Positions 1-9,635 are shown, counted from the stretch's first letter. The stretch: 62,901 nt of DNA from Candidatus Azambacteria bacterium (GCA_016234725.1 JACRAK010000005.1:1-62901), one strand, 5' to 3'. Numbers and translations are program-made. Notes: generated from the letters alone by a model not told the origin.

Positions 1-111
1 AAGTTGATTTACACGGAGAATTTTGATACAAGAAAAGAAGCAGTGAAAAGAGAGAAAGAGTTGAAGAGCTCGCGCGGGAGAACTTTTATCAAGAGTAAAT
101 TTCCGGCATAA
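1..111 (+). CDS. GIY-YIG nuclease family protein, C-terminal fragment (5' end outside window)
   Basis: Open frame from base 1 to TAA at 109-111: KLIYTENFDTRKEAVKREKELKSSRGRTFIKSKFPA. This resembles the C-terminus of small GIY-YIG (UPF0213-type) proteins. Confidence 0.5.
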   Translation, partial: KLIYTENFDTRKEAVKREKELKSSRGRTFIKSKFPA

Positions 112-118
112 CATGTTT

Positions 119-191
119 GCGCCCTTAGCTCAGCTGGTAGAGCAGTTGCCTCTTAAGCAAACGGTCGTAGGTTCGATCCCTACAGGGCGCA
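119..191 (+). tRNA. tRNA-Lys (anticodon CTT)
   Basis: Hand-folded cloverleaf. Acceptor GCGCCCT/AGGGCGC, anticodon loop CTCTTAA, T-arm GTAGGTTCGATCCCTAC, discriminator A. Confidence 0.9.
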
Positions 192-198
192 CCGAGAA

Positions 199-258
199 TC
201 TTATAACATAAAACTTGGATCTTGAAACTTAAGGTTCATGTTTCACGTTTCATGTTGT
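199..258. repeat. Heptanucleotide-periodic palindromic module, copy H1
   Basis: cttgaaa cttaagg ttcatgt ttcacgt ttcatgt. Same GAAACNT / ANGTTTC word family as the modules in the pilus locus, centred on the palindrome CTTAAG. Confidence 0.6.
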
Positions 259-267
259 GAGATATTT

Positions 268-294
268 GGAGAGGTGGCTGAGTGGGTTCAAGGC
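268..294 (+). pseudogene. Duplicated 5' fragment of tRNA-Ser (acceptor plus D-arm only)
   Basis: ggagaggtggctgag (268-282) is identical to the first 15 nt of the tRNA-Ser at 341. It then diverges, and no anticodon arm or T-arm can be folded. Confidence 0.45.
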
Positions 295-340
295 AAATAA
301 CTTTGTTTTGAACGGGCGCTCCTTGCATTGGATCCATAGC

Positions 341-429
341 GGAGAGGTGGCTGAGCGGCCGAAAGCACCACACTGCTAACGTGGCAAGCCCGTTAAACGG
401 CTTCGCGGGTTCAAATCCCGCCCTCTCCG
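341..429 (+). tRNA. tRNA-Ser (anticodon GCT), type II with long variable arm
   Basis: Acceptor GGAGAGG/CCTCTCC, anticodon loop CTGCTAA, variable arm GCCCGTTAAACGGC, T-arm GCGGGTTCAAATCCCGC. Confidence 0.9.
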
Positions 430-520
430 CTATGGATCCATACAGCGCCCCCGGCTTTCGCAAAACTGCGGCAAGAAACAAAACGCTACAATTTTACTAT
501 TTCTTTCTTGACAACAAAAA

Positions 521-556
521 CATAAAAGCGCTCTCGTGGCGCTTTTATGTTTTTTG
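521..556 (+). terminator. Rho-independent terminator after the tRNA-Lys/Ser pair
   Basis: Stem CATAAAAGCGC/GCGCTTTTATG followed by a T-run. Confidence 0.6.
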
Positions 557-580
557 GTGTAAAATAAAAAAGATTTTACT

Positions 581-1114
581 ATGACTCTGAAAAAAAACGA
601 CATCGTTGATCTCCGTAAAGTAGCGCAAAGCGCACCGCAGGAACAAACGCCTGCGCCTGGCTCCATGAGTTGGGAAGCGGAAGAATTCGCGTATCACCCT
701 AAAGACCTTCAATGGTTTTTGGTAGGCGGGATACTAGCGCTTGGCATATTTGCCAGCCTGCTCATTCTCAAAAACATGTTCGGCGCAGTGACGATACTGC
801 TGTTCATGTTCATTATGTATTTGTACGCAACGAAAAAACCGGATATGCTCTCTATCGTTGCTGACGGGCGCGGGATCGCTGTCAACAATAAGCGCATCCC
901 TTATTCTGATATCACCTCATTCTGGGTTTTGTATGAGCCGCCGGTAAAAGACCTGATCATCATACAAAAAGCGAAATTCACTCCCAAGACGATCATCCCG
1001 CTCGGGCAAGCAAACCCCGTGGAGCTCCGCGCCCTTTTACTTGCCAATGCGATCATAGAAAAAGAAGAAGAAGAAACGCTGACCGATATTCTTGCGCGTC
1101 GCTTTGGATTTTAG
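581..1114 (+). CDS. Hypothetical membrane protein (2 predicted TM helices)
   Basis: 177 aa ORF with ATG start. Hydrophobic stretches LVGGILALGIFASLLIL and AVTILLFMFIMYLYA. No recognisable catalytic motif. Confidence 0.55.
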   Translation: MTLKKNDIVDLRKVAQSAPQEQTPAPGSMSWEAEEFAYHPKDLQWFLVGGILALGIFASLLILKNMFGAVTILLFMFIMYLYATKKPDMLSIVADGRGIAVNNKRIPYSDITSFWVLYEPPVKDLIIIQKAKFTPKTIIPLGQANPVELRALLLANAIIEKEEEETLTDILARRFGF

Positions 1115-1128
1115 ACGCACAACACACC

Positions 1129-1200
1129 GCCTCCGTAGTGAAATGGATATCACGCCGGTCTTCGAAACCGTCGTTGGGGGTTCGAATCCCTCCGGAGGCA
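1129..1200 (+). tRNA. tRNA-Arg (anticodon TCG)
   Basis: Acceptor GCCTCCG/CGGAGGC, anticodon loop CTTCGAA, T-arm GGGGGTTCGAATCCCTC, discriminator A. Confidence 0.85.
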
Positions 1201-1252
1201 CAAAAGTTTTTTCGCTACCCTTTATGGGTAGAGAAAAAACATTATGATCTTT

Positions 1253-1399
1253 GGGATTCGAAGGGTATTTCAAAAATATGAACTGCTTCATGTTTTTGAA
1301 AACCCGGGCTCTGGAGGAGAAATTTTGCATGTGCGTTGCGCGGCAAAATTTCTGGGGAAGAGGAATCCTCGCCTGCCGGCAGGCGGGCCTCCGAAGGCA
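1253..1399 (+). repeat. tRNA-linked structured element, copy 1 (cognate to tRNA-Arg-TCG)
   Basis: Starts GGGATTCGAAGGGTAT, where ATTCGAA is the reverse complement of this tRNA's T-loop TTCGAAT. Conserved hairpin tttcaaaaatatgaa-CTGC-ttcatgtttttgaaa. Ends with a degenerate copy of the tRNA 3' end (gaatcc...cctccgaaggca), interrupted by the 16 nt palindrome CGCCTGCCGGCAGGCG. Confidence 0.6.
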
Positions 1400-1410
1400 C
1401 CATAATCCCA

Positions 1411-2955
1411 TCACCCCTTCCTGGCTTTTGGGGTAACCCAAAAGCCCATATACTTGCCGAGCATGAGGCGCGTCTGCGCATCGAGCCCCGGCAACGAACC
1501 GAATATAATGATCGTAAGGAACATCAGCGGCCACTGAAGCACGATAAGCGCATACTTCCACCTCCCGTATTCGGGCGGCCGCGGCGGCAAGATAAGCACG
1601 GAAAGCAACGCCGACGTCACCACACCGATCATGGAAAGGGTCATGATGTATTTCGTCACCAGCGGGAGGTTATACGAAAGCTGGGTAGCGTTGAACGCCT
1701 CGCCTCCGAGATACAGCGGCAGCCACCCGAGCAAGAAAATAATGAGCGCGTTCGTCGCCCACGAGTGAAACCCCTCGATGATCACGAATCCGAATTTCAC
1801 TTTCTTCCAAAAATCGATCTTTTTGTTCTTGAAAAACCCGAAAAGAAAATAGGGGACATTTTCCACGCCGTACCCCCACCGCCGCTGCTGCTTATACTGG
1901 TTCACCAGCGTCTGCCAGAACGTATCGGCAACATTCGCATCCATGGAAACGGGATAATACATCGGCTCCACCGCGTAGTCGCCGTCGTAGCGTAAAAAAC
2001 ACTGCCAAAAGATACGGGAGTCCTCGCTCACCATGTTCGGCTGCCAAAAATCGACATCGCACAGTGCGGTCAGGGACATGGAATGCGACGAGAATGTCGT
2101 CATGCGCTCGGGGCGTTCTTGCTGAAGCATGTGCCAGAACGTTGCTGAAAACGCGATGACACGCGCGACCGCAGGCGCATGCCAAATGTTGTTGATATAA
2201 AACGGCACGGGCTGAAAACTCACCCGCTCGGGCCGAGGCACCGATAGATACACATACATCAGCCGCGCAAAATATTCCGCCCATATCACCGTATCGATAT
2301 CAAACGCCGATACGATGACTTTTTTATGGTCTATGCCAAGCGCGTCTATAATATCCTCCTTCGCCTTTCTTCCTGCAAAGTTGATGTTGGACCCTTTACC
2401 CGCCATCTCCCCTTCGATGTCTTTAGGATGCGTCGTGATGACAAAACGGAAAAATGTTGTACCGAATTCTTCATGGGCTTTCTCTGCAATGGCGCGCGCT
2501 TCTTCCCCCGCGCGCTCTTCTGTCGCGAGCACGACGATCATTTTCTCTTTCGGATAATTCGCCGCGGCAAGCGCACGGAGCGACGCACCAACCACTTCCC
2601 AGCTTTCTTTATACATCGGAAGCAGGATGAGATGATGGTACTCCTCCCACCCCGGCTTTTCCTCTTTCAACTTTTCGTGCCACGCCACGCCGATGTTCGC
2701 GCGCATTTTCTTGAACGCCGAGCGTAAATGAAGCGAAAGAAATACGGTTTTTAAAAACCAATAGATATCGAATGCGATGACAAAAAACGCGATGAAAACG
2801 GGCGTCAGCCACGCCAACAGCATCGTAAGCGCAAGCGTGCCCCACGACAACGCACCGGGCACTATTTCAAGCACACGGTACCACCGGCGCTCGCGCGCAT
2901 TGGTAAGATGAGATGCTCTCCCAATAGTAAGATAATAGTATTCGTCGGAGATCAT
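1411..2955 (-). CDS. Membrane-embedded family 2 glycosyltransferase (processive, cellulose/chitin-synthase-like)
   Basis: 514 aa with N- and C-terminal TM helices. Central GT-A-like region with SAFDIDT and the QxxRW-type motif QQRRWGYG. Confidence 0.7.
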   Translation of the reverse strand: MISDEYYYLTIGRASHLTNARERRWYRVLEIVPGALSWGTLALTMLLAWLTPVFIAFFVIAFDIYWFLKTVFLSLHLRSAFKKMRANIGVAWHEKLKEEKPGWEEYHHLILLPMYKESWEVVGASLRALAAANYPKEKMIVVLATEERAGEEARAIAEKAHEEFGTTFFRFVITTHPKDIEGEMAGKGSNINFAGRKAKEDIIDALGIDHKKVIVSAFDIDTVIWAEYFARLMYVYLSVPRPERVSFQPVPFYINNIWHAPAVARVIAFSATFWHMLQQERPERMTTFSSHSMSLTALCDVDFWQPNMVSEDSRIFWQCFLRYDGDYAVEPMYYPVSMDANVADTFWQTLVNQYKQQRRWGYGVENVPYFLFGFFKNKKIDFWKKVKFGFVIIEGFHSWATNALIIFLLGWLPLYLGGEAFNATQLSYNLPLVTKYIMTLSMIGVVTSALLSVLILPPRPPEYGRWKYALIVLQWPLMFLTIIIFGSLPGLDAQTRLMLGKYMGFWVTPKARKG

Positions 2956-3035
2956 GGAAACAACAAGAAATCTGTTGATTTTATACTAAATATAGTATAG
3001 TATGACATCCGTTCGCGAGAAAGCAACACTCGCAT

Positions 3036-3107
3036 GGCGCCATCGTCTATCGGCTAGGACACCGCCCTTTCAAGGCGGTAAGACGGGTTCGACTCCCGTT
3101 GGCGCTA
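3036..3107 (+). tRNA. tRNA-Glu (anticodon TTC)
   Basis: Acceptor GGCGCCA/TGGCGCT (G1-U72 wobble), D-stem GTCT/GGAC, anticodon loop CTTTCAA, T-arm ACGGGTTCGACTCCCGT. Confidence 0.85.
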
Positions 3108-3127
3108 CTGGTTTTTTATTATATTAA

Positions 3128-3275
3128 GCGGCAACGGGAATCGAAGGGTATTTCAAAAATATGAACTGCTTCATGTTTTTGAAAACCCGGGCTCTGGAGG
3201 AGAAATTTTACATGTCCTGAGCTTGTCGAAGGACGGCAAAATTTCGGGGGAAGAGGACTCCCGTTGGCGCTACTA
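3128..3275 (+). repeat. tRNA-linked structured element, copy 2 (cognate to tRNA-Glu)
   Basis: The 5' end gcggcaacgggaatc pairs 13/15 with the tRNA 3' end. Same conserved core as copies 1 and 3. The 3' end gactcccgttggcgctact (3257-3275) is a perfect 19 nt direct repeat of 3091-3109. Confidence 0.7.
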
Positions 3276-3357
3276 CTGCACAGAATCTAGAAACTAGAAT
3301 TTAGAAAATCGGAGCGGATATTGGTTTTTCTAGATTCTATTTTCTAGATTCTATCCT

Positions 3358-4386
3358 ATGCGTATTCTTGCTATTGAAACCTCGTGCGACGAAACGGCCT
3401 GTGCGGTAGTGGATGTCACGGGGCGAACCGTGCCACGATTCACCGTGCTCTCAAATATCATCTCCTCGCAGGTGAAACTCCACGCGCCGTATGGCGGCGT
3501 GGTGCCTACACTCGCCTCTAGAGAGCATCTTAAAAACATTCCGCATGTCTTTCAAAAAGCGCTTCGGGACGCACGCACGACCATGGATGAGATCGACGCG
3601 ATCGCCGTCACCTGTGCCCCCGGGCTTGTCATCGCCCTGCTTATCGGCGTGAGCTTCGCGCGCGGGCTCGCCTACGCCTCCGGCAAAAAAATAATTCCCG
3701 TGCATCATATTGCCGCGCACATATATTCAAACTGGCTTTCACATGAAAAAATCGCATTCCCGCTTTTAAACATCGTGGTGTCGGGAGGACATACGGAACT
3801 AGTGCTTATGAAGCGCATCGGCACGTATGCGCTTTTAGGCGAAACGCGCGATGATGCCGCGGGCGAGGCGTTTGATAAAGTCGCAAAAATGCTCGGCCTC
3901 GGCTACCCGGGCGGCCCTATTATTTCTAAACTCGCGCGCGGCGGCGATGCAAGTCGCTATATGCTCCCGCGTCCCATGCTTTCAAGCGGCGATCATGACT
4001 TTTCGTTTTCCGGTCTCAAGACCGCCGTCATCCATTGTGTAAAAAAACATCCAGAGATCAAGAAGGACAAAACCGCGCGCAGGAATTTTTGCGCGTCATT
4101 TGAACAGGCGGTTGCTGATGTCATCACTGAAAAAACGATCCGTGCGGCGCGCGAATATCGCGTAAAGACCATTGCGCTGTCAGGAGGCGTTTCTGCAAAC
4201 AAACGCCTGCGCGAACAGCTTGCAAATACGATAGCCGCACGGCTGAATGCTGTCGCGTTTATCACCCCTGATGCCGGCTTTTCCACCGATAACGCCGCGA
4301 TGATCGCGGTCGCAGGATATTTTAATCGCACACACGCGACCACATGGAAAAACATCGATGCGTCCGCGCATGCGCCGCTAGCATAA
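3358..4386 (+). CDS. tsaD: tRNA N6-adenosine threonylcarbamoyltransferase TsaD
   Basis: N-terminus MRILAIETSCDETACAVVD and overall Kae1/TsaD (ASKHA fold) similarity. 342 aa. Confidence 0.9.
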   Translation: MRILAIETSCDETACAVVDVTGRTVPRFTVLSNIISSQVKLHAPYGGVVPTLASREHLKNIPHVFQKALRDARTTMDEIDAIAVTCAPGLVIALLIGVSFARGLAYASGKKIIPVHHIAAHIYSNWLSHEKIAFPLLNIVVSGGHTELVLMKRIGTYALLGETRDDAAGEAFDKVAKMLGLGYPGGPIISKLARGGDASRYMLPRPMLSSGDHDFSFSGLKTAVIHCVKKHPEIKKDKTARRNFCASFEQAVADVITEKTIRAAREYRVKTIALSGGVSANKRLREQLANTIAARLNAVAFITPDAGFSTDNAAMIAVAGYFNRTHATTWKNIDASAHAPLA

Positions 4387-4416
4387 AGAGAAGTCATAGT
4401 GCTACAATAATTCTGT

Positions 4417-6603
4417 ATGTCCATGCCTGAAAAGACAGGAAAATTCAATTTCCCGTACGACCCCAAAAAGGTCGAGCACGAGATCTACACGCGCTGGGAA
4501 AAGAGCGGTTTTTTTAATCCTGATAATTTACCACAACGACACACCGAACCGTATTCTATCGTGCTCCCGCCTCCCAATGTCACCGGCACGCTCCACATGG
4601 GGCACGCGGCGATGCTTGCGATCGAAGATATTTTGATCCGCTTTGAGCGCATGCGCGGAAAGAGAACGCTCTGGCTCCCCGGCACCGACCACGCCGCGAT
4701 CGCCACGCAATCAAAAGTTGAGGAGATCCTCTCGAAAAAAGAAAAAACGACGCGGCATGCTCTCGGGCGCGAGGCGTTCCTCAAACGGGTGAATGAATTC
4801 GCCCAAGAAAGCCACGATACTATTGTTTCCCAAGTGAAAAAAATGGGCTCATCGGTGGATTGGAGCCGCGAAGCGTATACGCTGGATGAAGCGCGCCACC
4901 ACGCAGTATATGTCGCGTTCAAAAAAATGTATGACGCGGGGCTTATTTCCCAAGGCAAACGCATCGTCAATTGGGACCCGAAAGGGCAGACGGTCATTTC
5001 AGACGACGAAATCATATACATGGAAGAAAAAGCGAAATTCTATTATTTCACATACGGCCCGTTCACCATCGGCACGGCGCGCCCGGAAACGAAGTTCGCC
5101 GACAAATATGTCGTCATACACCCTGATGATGTGCGGTATGCAGAATACGAACACGGGCAGACGCTGGAAGTTGAATGGATCAACGGCCCCATCACCGCGA
5201 CCGTCATTAAAGACGCCTCAGTGAACCCGGAGTTCGGCACCGGCGCCATGACCATCACGCCGTGGCACAGCGCGGTTGACTTTGAGATGGCCGAACGCCA
5301 CGGACTAAAAGGAGAGCGGATCATCGACACATACGGCAAACTTCTCCCCATTGCGGGAGAATTTACGGGCATGAAAATAAAAGACGCGCGAGAGAAGATC
5401 GTCGAGAAACTCGCCGCAAAAGGGTTGCTCGTGAAAGCGGATGAGAACTACGTGCACAACGTGGCGACCGCAGAGCGCACAGGAGCCGTGATCGAACCGC
5501 AGGTAATGAAGCAATGGTTCGTGGCCGTCACCAAGGAATTCACGATCCCTTATTCCGAGATCCCCGGCATCCTTTCCGGTTCGCGCACCACGCTCAAAGA
5601 CATCATGCGCAAGGCGGTCGAAAGCGGCGCAACGCGCATCATGCCGGAACGGTTTGAAAAGGTCTATTTTCATTGGATCGACAACCTCCGCGACTGGTGC
5701 ATCAGTCGCCAGATATGGTTCGGTCACCGCATTCCCGTGTGGTACCGCGGCAACGAGATATACTGCGACGTCATCCCGCCTGAAGGCGAAGGATGGGAAC
5801 AAGACCCCGATACGCTCGACACGTGGTTTTCTTCGGGCTTATGGACGTTTTCCACGCTCGGCTGGCCGGAACACACCAAAGACCTCGTTGCCTACCACCC
5901 CACCGCGGTGCTTGAGACAGGATATGATATCTTGTTCTTTTGGGTCGCACGTATGGTGCTTATGAGCGGCTTCCATCTTGGAACCGTGCCGTTTAAAAAC
6001 GTATATCTCCACGGTTTGGTGCGCGACGAAAAAGGGCGCAAAATGTCAAAGTCGCTTGGCAACATCATCGATCCCGTCGACATGATCGAAAAATACGGCG
6101 CGGATGCAACCCGCCTCTCGCTTATCATCGGTGCCGCTCCCGGGAACGACACAAAACTCTCCGAAGAACGGGTGCGCGGATATAAGCATTTTGCCAATAA
6201 GATCTGGAACATAGCCCGTTTCGTGCTTGAAAATGGCGCGTCTGCTGATAATGTCATCACGCAGGAAGAAGACAAGAAGCTCATCGAAGAATTTGATGCT
6301 GTCGCCCGGAGAACCACCGCCCACATCGAAGCGTTCCGCCTCGATCTTGCCGCCGACGCGCTGTATCATTTTGTGTGGCACCGATTCGCGGATATCCTCA
6401 TTGAAGAAAGCAAGCCGATCCTCCGCGGCGATGACGCGAACGCCAAACACTCGCGCCGCGCAGCTCTTTTCGCGCTCCTTGTCGGCTCCCTGAAACTTCT
6501 CCACCCCTTTATGCCGTTTATCACCGAAGAAATATATGCCGGCATTTCATTGCCTGATAAAAAACTGCTTATGATAGAAGAGTGGCCAGCTAAACAAACA
6601 TGA
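4417..6603 (+). CDS. valS: Valine--tRNA ligase (short form lacking the C-terminal coiled coil)
   Basis: PPPNVTGTLHMGHA (HIGH region), KMSKSLGN (KMSKS), DTLDTWFSSGLWTFSTLGWP. 728 aa. Confidence 0.9.
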   Translation: MSMPEKTGKFNFPYDPKKVEHEIYTRWEKSGFFNPDNLPQRHTEPYSIVLPPPNVTGTLHMGHAAMLAIEDILIRFERMRGKRTLWLPGTDHAAIATQSKVEEILSKKEKTTRHALGREAFLKRVNEFAQESHDTIVSQVKKMGSSVDWSREAYTLDEARHHAVYVAFKKMYDAGLISQGKRIVNWDPKGQTVISDDEIIYMEEKAKFYYFTYGPFTIGTARPETKFADKYVVIHPDDVRYAEYEHGQTLEVEWINGPITATVIKDASVNPEFGTGAMTITPWHSAVDFEMAERHGLKGERIIDTYGKLLPIAGEFTGMKIKDAREKIVEKLAAKGLLVKADENYVHNVATAERTGAVIEPQVMKQWFVAVTKEFTIPYSEIPGILSGSRTTLKDIMRKAVESGATRIMPERFEKVYFHWIDNLRDWCISRQIWFGHRIPVWYRGNEIYCDVIPPEGEGWEQDPDTLDTWFSSGLWTFSTLGWPEHTKDLVAYHPTAVLETGYDILFFWVARMVLMSGFHLGTVPFKNVYLHGLVRDEKGRKMSKSLGNIIDPVDMIEKYGADATRLSLIIGAAPGNDTKLSEERVRGYKHFANKIWNIARFVLENGASADNVITQEEDKKLIEEFDAVARRTTAHIEAFRLDLAADALYHFVWHRFADILIEESKPILRGDDANAKHSRRAALFALLVGSLKLLHPFMPFITEEIYAGISLPDKKLLMIEEWPAKQT

Positions 6604-7376
6604 CCATCGCTAATCATACGCTCGGGGAGTTTGTTTTTCTTGCCACACTCGGCATTGCGCCAAGCGCGCTCTGGCTGTGGTACTATCTTAAAAAAGATAT
6701 CAACCCGGAGCCGAAGCGGATGGTTTTAAAAGTTTTTATATTCGGATTTTTTTCCACCTTTATCGCGTTTGGCATCGAGTGGGTGCTCATCAAGGCAATG
6801 CTTGACCTGAAGGCGGCTTGTCCCCGGTGCGAATCCGTCGTCCCGCAACTCCTGGGTGCCGCCGGAGCAGGCCGCGCACTTTTTGCGCTTTCATTTATCG
6901 TCCTTGCCGCGCTCGCGCTCGTGGAAGAATGGGTGAAATTCGCGGCGGCGCGGCTTGAGATCATGCGCTCGCGCTATTTCGATGAACCGATAGACGCAAT
7001 GATCTACTGCGTCATCGCGGCGCTTGGGTTTGCGGCGGCAGAGAACATCGGCTACATCATGCAAAACGCGGACCAGGCCATTGGCATCGCGTATTTCCGC
7101 TTCATAAGCGCGACCTTTCTCCACACGCTTGCATCCGCGATCCTTGGTTATTTCTTTGCGCTGTCGCTTATTCATACCGCTAAACGAATATGGCTGGTGA
7201 GCGTCGGCCTTGCACTTGCCACCGTATTGCACACTCTCTTTAATTTCCTTATAATTACCTCAGAACGGGGCGATCATACGATGGCATCGATCATACTTCT
7301 GATGGTTTTTTCGTACTTTTTCGTCCTCCACCTCTTTGAACGCGTTAAAAAACTCAGTTTCGCGCGCATATCATAA
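6600..7376 (+). CDS. PrsW-family intramembrane metalloprotease
   Basis: Polytopic membrane protein with EEWVKFAAA and AAENIGY/HTLFN motifs typical of PrsW. ATGA overlap with the valS stop. Confidence 0.75.
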   Translation: MTIANHTLGEFVFLATLGIAPSALWLWYYLKKDINPEPKRMVLKVFIFGFFSTFIAFGIEWVLIKAMLDLKAACPRCESVVPQLLGAAGAGRALFALSFIVLAALALVEEWVKFAAARLEIMRSRYFDEPIDAMIYCVIAALGFAAAENIGYIMQNADQAIGIAYFRFISATFLHTLASAILGYFFALSLIHTAKRIWLVSVGLALATVLHTLFNFLIITSERGDHTMASIILLMVFSYFFVLHLFERVKKLSFARIS

Positions 7377-7381
7377 CTACT

Positions 7382-7849
7382 ATGGAAAAAGAATCTTTTC
7401 TTGGCAGGATCACGGGAACACAAAACGGAGCGTATGGCGCGACAGAGAACGCTCTTCCCGCCACAGCGCAGGCCGCCGCAAAAGCGCGCAAACCGAAAGA
7501 ATGGCTTCTGGACGCCACCGAGGGGCAGCTCTCGCTTGACGTCTATCAAACGGAAAGCGACGTAGTGATCAAATCGACCGTCGCAGGCATCACCTCGGAC
7601 GATATCGACATCACCATCACCAACGACATGCTCACCGTGAAGGGAACGCGCTCAAAAGACGAAGAAGTAAGGCCTGAGGATTATTATTATCAGGAATGCT
7701 ACTGGGGACCCTTCTCACGCTCCGTCATTCTCCCTGCCGATGTTGAAGCCGATCTTATTAAAGCGACGCTCAGAAACGGCATTCTCACGATACGGCTTCC
7801 GAAATCGGAGAAAGTAAAGACAAAGAAGATCTCTATTAATACCGAGTAA
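7382..7849 (+). CDS. Hsp20/alpha-crystallin small heat-shock protein
   Basis: Alpha-crystallin domain: LDVYQTESDVVIKSTVAGI...MLTVKGTR...GILTIRLPK. Confidence 0.85.
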   Translation: MEKESFLGRITGTQNGAYGATENALPATAQAAAKARKPKEWLLDATEGQLSLDVYQTESDVVIKSTVAGITSDDIDITITNDMLTVKGTRSKDEEVRPEDYYYQECYWGPFSRSVILPADVEADLIKATLRNGILTIRLPKSEKVKTKKISINTE

Positions 7850-7850
7850 C

Positions 7851-9551
7851 GTGTTATCGCGCATCACAAAGCTGACAGTTCTTACAGCGGCGTTCGTGCC
7901 GCTGTGTTTGTTTGTTGCGCTTATGCTGTGCAATTATCGGTCCATCGCCTATGGCGTGACGGTAAGCGGATACGGCATCGGCGGGAAAAACATTGCCGAA
8001 GCAAAACAATCGCTTGCACAGAACGCGGCGTATTTTGAATACACGAAAACAGCGCTTACGCTCGGCGACCGCTCGTGGAAAGCGGCGCCACGCGATCTGG
8101 GCGTAACATTCGACATTGATGCGACGGTCCAAAAAGCATACCGCGTGGGAAGAAATAAAAATATGCTCGGCAACGTGATCGCACAAATGCGTATCGCGAC
8201 ACTGGGCACACCCGTGAGCTTTACCGTAACGATCGATGACCGCGCGCTGGACCGGTACCTCGACGAACATCTCAAAGACGCGGAGCAAAAAGCAACGAAT
8301 GCGGCGCTTGTTTTTAACGAAGGAACGGGGGTATTCGAAATAACACCGGCGCACACCGGGTCCGTGATAAATAAAAGCTTGCTGAAATACGCATTGTTTC
8401 AAAGCGCCGCGCGCGGAATTCCCGCGACGATCGCGCTCGCACAAGAGCAAGATGCCCCGCTTATTTCCGAGGAAGCGCTTGAGCCCATCGCACACCAAGC
8501 GAACCAACTGCTCGCTCGCGCTCCGCTCGCGCTCACGTACGCCACATCTGCCGATGCTACCGCGCCTTCTCCGGCGCGCGCCCGACAACACTCTCTCACA
8601 AAGGAACAATTAAAAGATCTGATAACGCCCGTATGGGGAAACGATATATTTTCGCTCGGCATACGGGAGGAGGTATTAAAAAATATCCTTATCGAGCTTG
8701 CGCCCTCCATCAACCAAAAACCTCAAAATGCGGTGCTTACTTTTACTGATGGGAAAGCAAAAGAATTCGCGCTTTCCAAAAATGGCATTGAGCTCGATAT
8801 TCCCGCAAGCATTGAGGCGATCAAGCGCCAACTCGCACAAGAAACGCAGGCCATGACCCTTGCGGTAAACACACTGTATCCCGAAATCCGCACTGAAACC
8901 ATTGAAAATCTCGGCCTCGTCACCCTCCTTGGCAAAGGGGAATCTGATTTTTCCGGCTCGCCCTCGTCCAGGATCTTCAATATCAAGCTTGGCGCAGAAA
9001 AATTGAATGGCACCTTTATTAAGCCGGGCGAAGAGTTCTCCTTTATGAACGCGATCGGCGATGTCAGCGCAAAAGAGGGATACCAGTATGCGCTCGTTAT
9101 TAAAAACGGAGGTGACTTAGTGAAAGAATACGGCGGCGGCCTGTGCCAAGTATCCACCACGATGTTTCGCGCCGCGATATATGCGGGCCTTACGATCACC
9201 GAACGCTTCGCCCACAGCTTGCCGGTGCGATATTACAACCCGCAGGGGTTTGACGCGGCAGTATACAGCCCACACCCCGATCTGCGCTTCATCAATGACA
9301 CGCCCTCCAACATCCTTGTCCAAACAAAAATAAAGGGGAATAAGCTCTATTTTGAATTTTACGGCACATCCGATACGCGCGAGGTAAAACTGATCGGGCC
9401 TAGGGAATATGACCGCGATCCCGACGGCTCATTTAAAACAATACTAACCCGCGAGATCTATAAAGACGGAGCGCTCATCGACACAGATGTTTTCCGCTCT
9501 TCATACCGTTCGCCAAAGCAAGCGCCGGCACAGAAAAATCCGCTCGAATAG
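7851..9551 (+). CDS. VanW-domain protein with N-terminal membrane anchor
   Basis: GTG start, signal-anchor helix, C-terminal VanW signature GGGLCQVSTTMFRAAIYAGL..ERFAHS. Confidence 0.8.
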   Translation: MLSRITKLTVLTAAFVPLCLFVALMLCNYRSIAYGVTVSGYGIGGKNIAEAKQSLAQNAAYFEYTKTALTLGDRSWKAAPRDLGVTFDIDATVQKAYRVGRNKNMLGNVIAQMRIATLGTPVSFTVTIDDRALDRYLDEHLKDAEQKATNAALVFNEGTGVFEITPAHTGSVINKSLLKYALFQSAARGIPATIALAQEQDAPLISEEALEPIAHQANQLLARAPLALTYATSADATAPSPARARQHSLTKEQLKDLITPVWGNDIFSLGIREEVLKNILIELAPSINQKPQNAVLTFTDGKAKEFALSKNGIELDIPASIEAIKRQLAQETQAMTLAVNTLYPEIRTETIENLGLVTLLGKGESDFSGSPSSRIFNIKLGAEKLNGTFIKPGEEFSFMNAIGDVSAKEGYQYALVIKNGGDLVKEYGGGLCQVSTTMFRAAIYAGLTITERFAHSLPVRYYNPQGFDAAVYSPHPDLRFINDTPSNILVQTKIKGNKLYFEFYGTSDTREVKLIGPREYDRDPDGSFKTILTREIYKDGALIDTDVFRSSYRSPKQAPAQKNPLE

Positions 9552-9564
9552 CACTATACCCTGT

Positions 9565-9600
9565 GATCACAAACTCACGCGATCGCGTGAGTTTGTGATC
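9565..9600. terminator. Perfect 36 nt palindrome between convergent genes (probable bidirectional terminator)
   Basis: GATCACAAACTCACGCGATCGCGTGAGTTTGTGATC lies between the VanW stop (9551) and the DUF2283 stop (9636). There is no clear U-run. Confidence 0.45.
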
Positions 9601-9635
9601 TATAAATGGGAGATGTTTTTTGAGATGAGTTCTCC

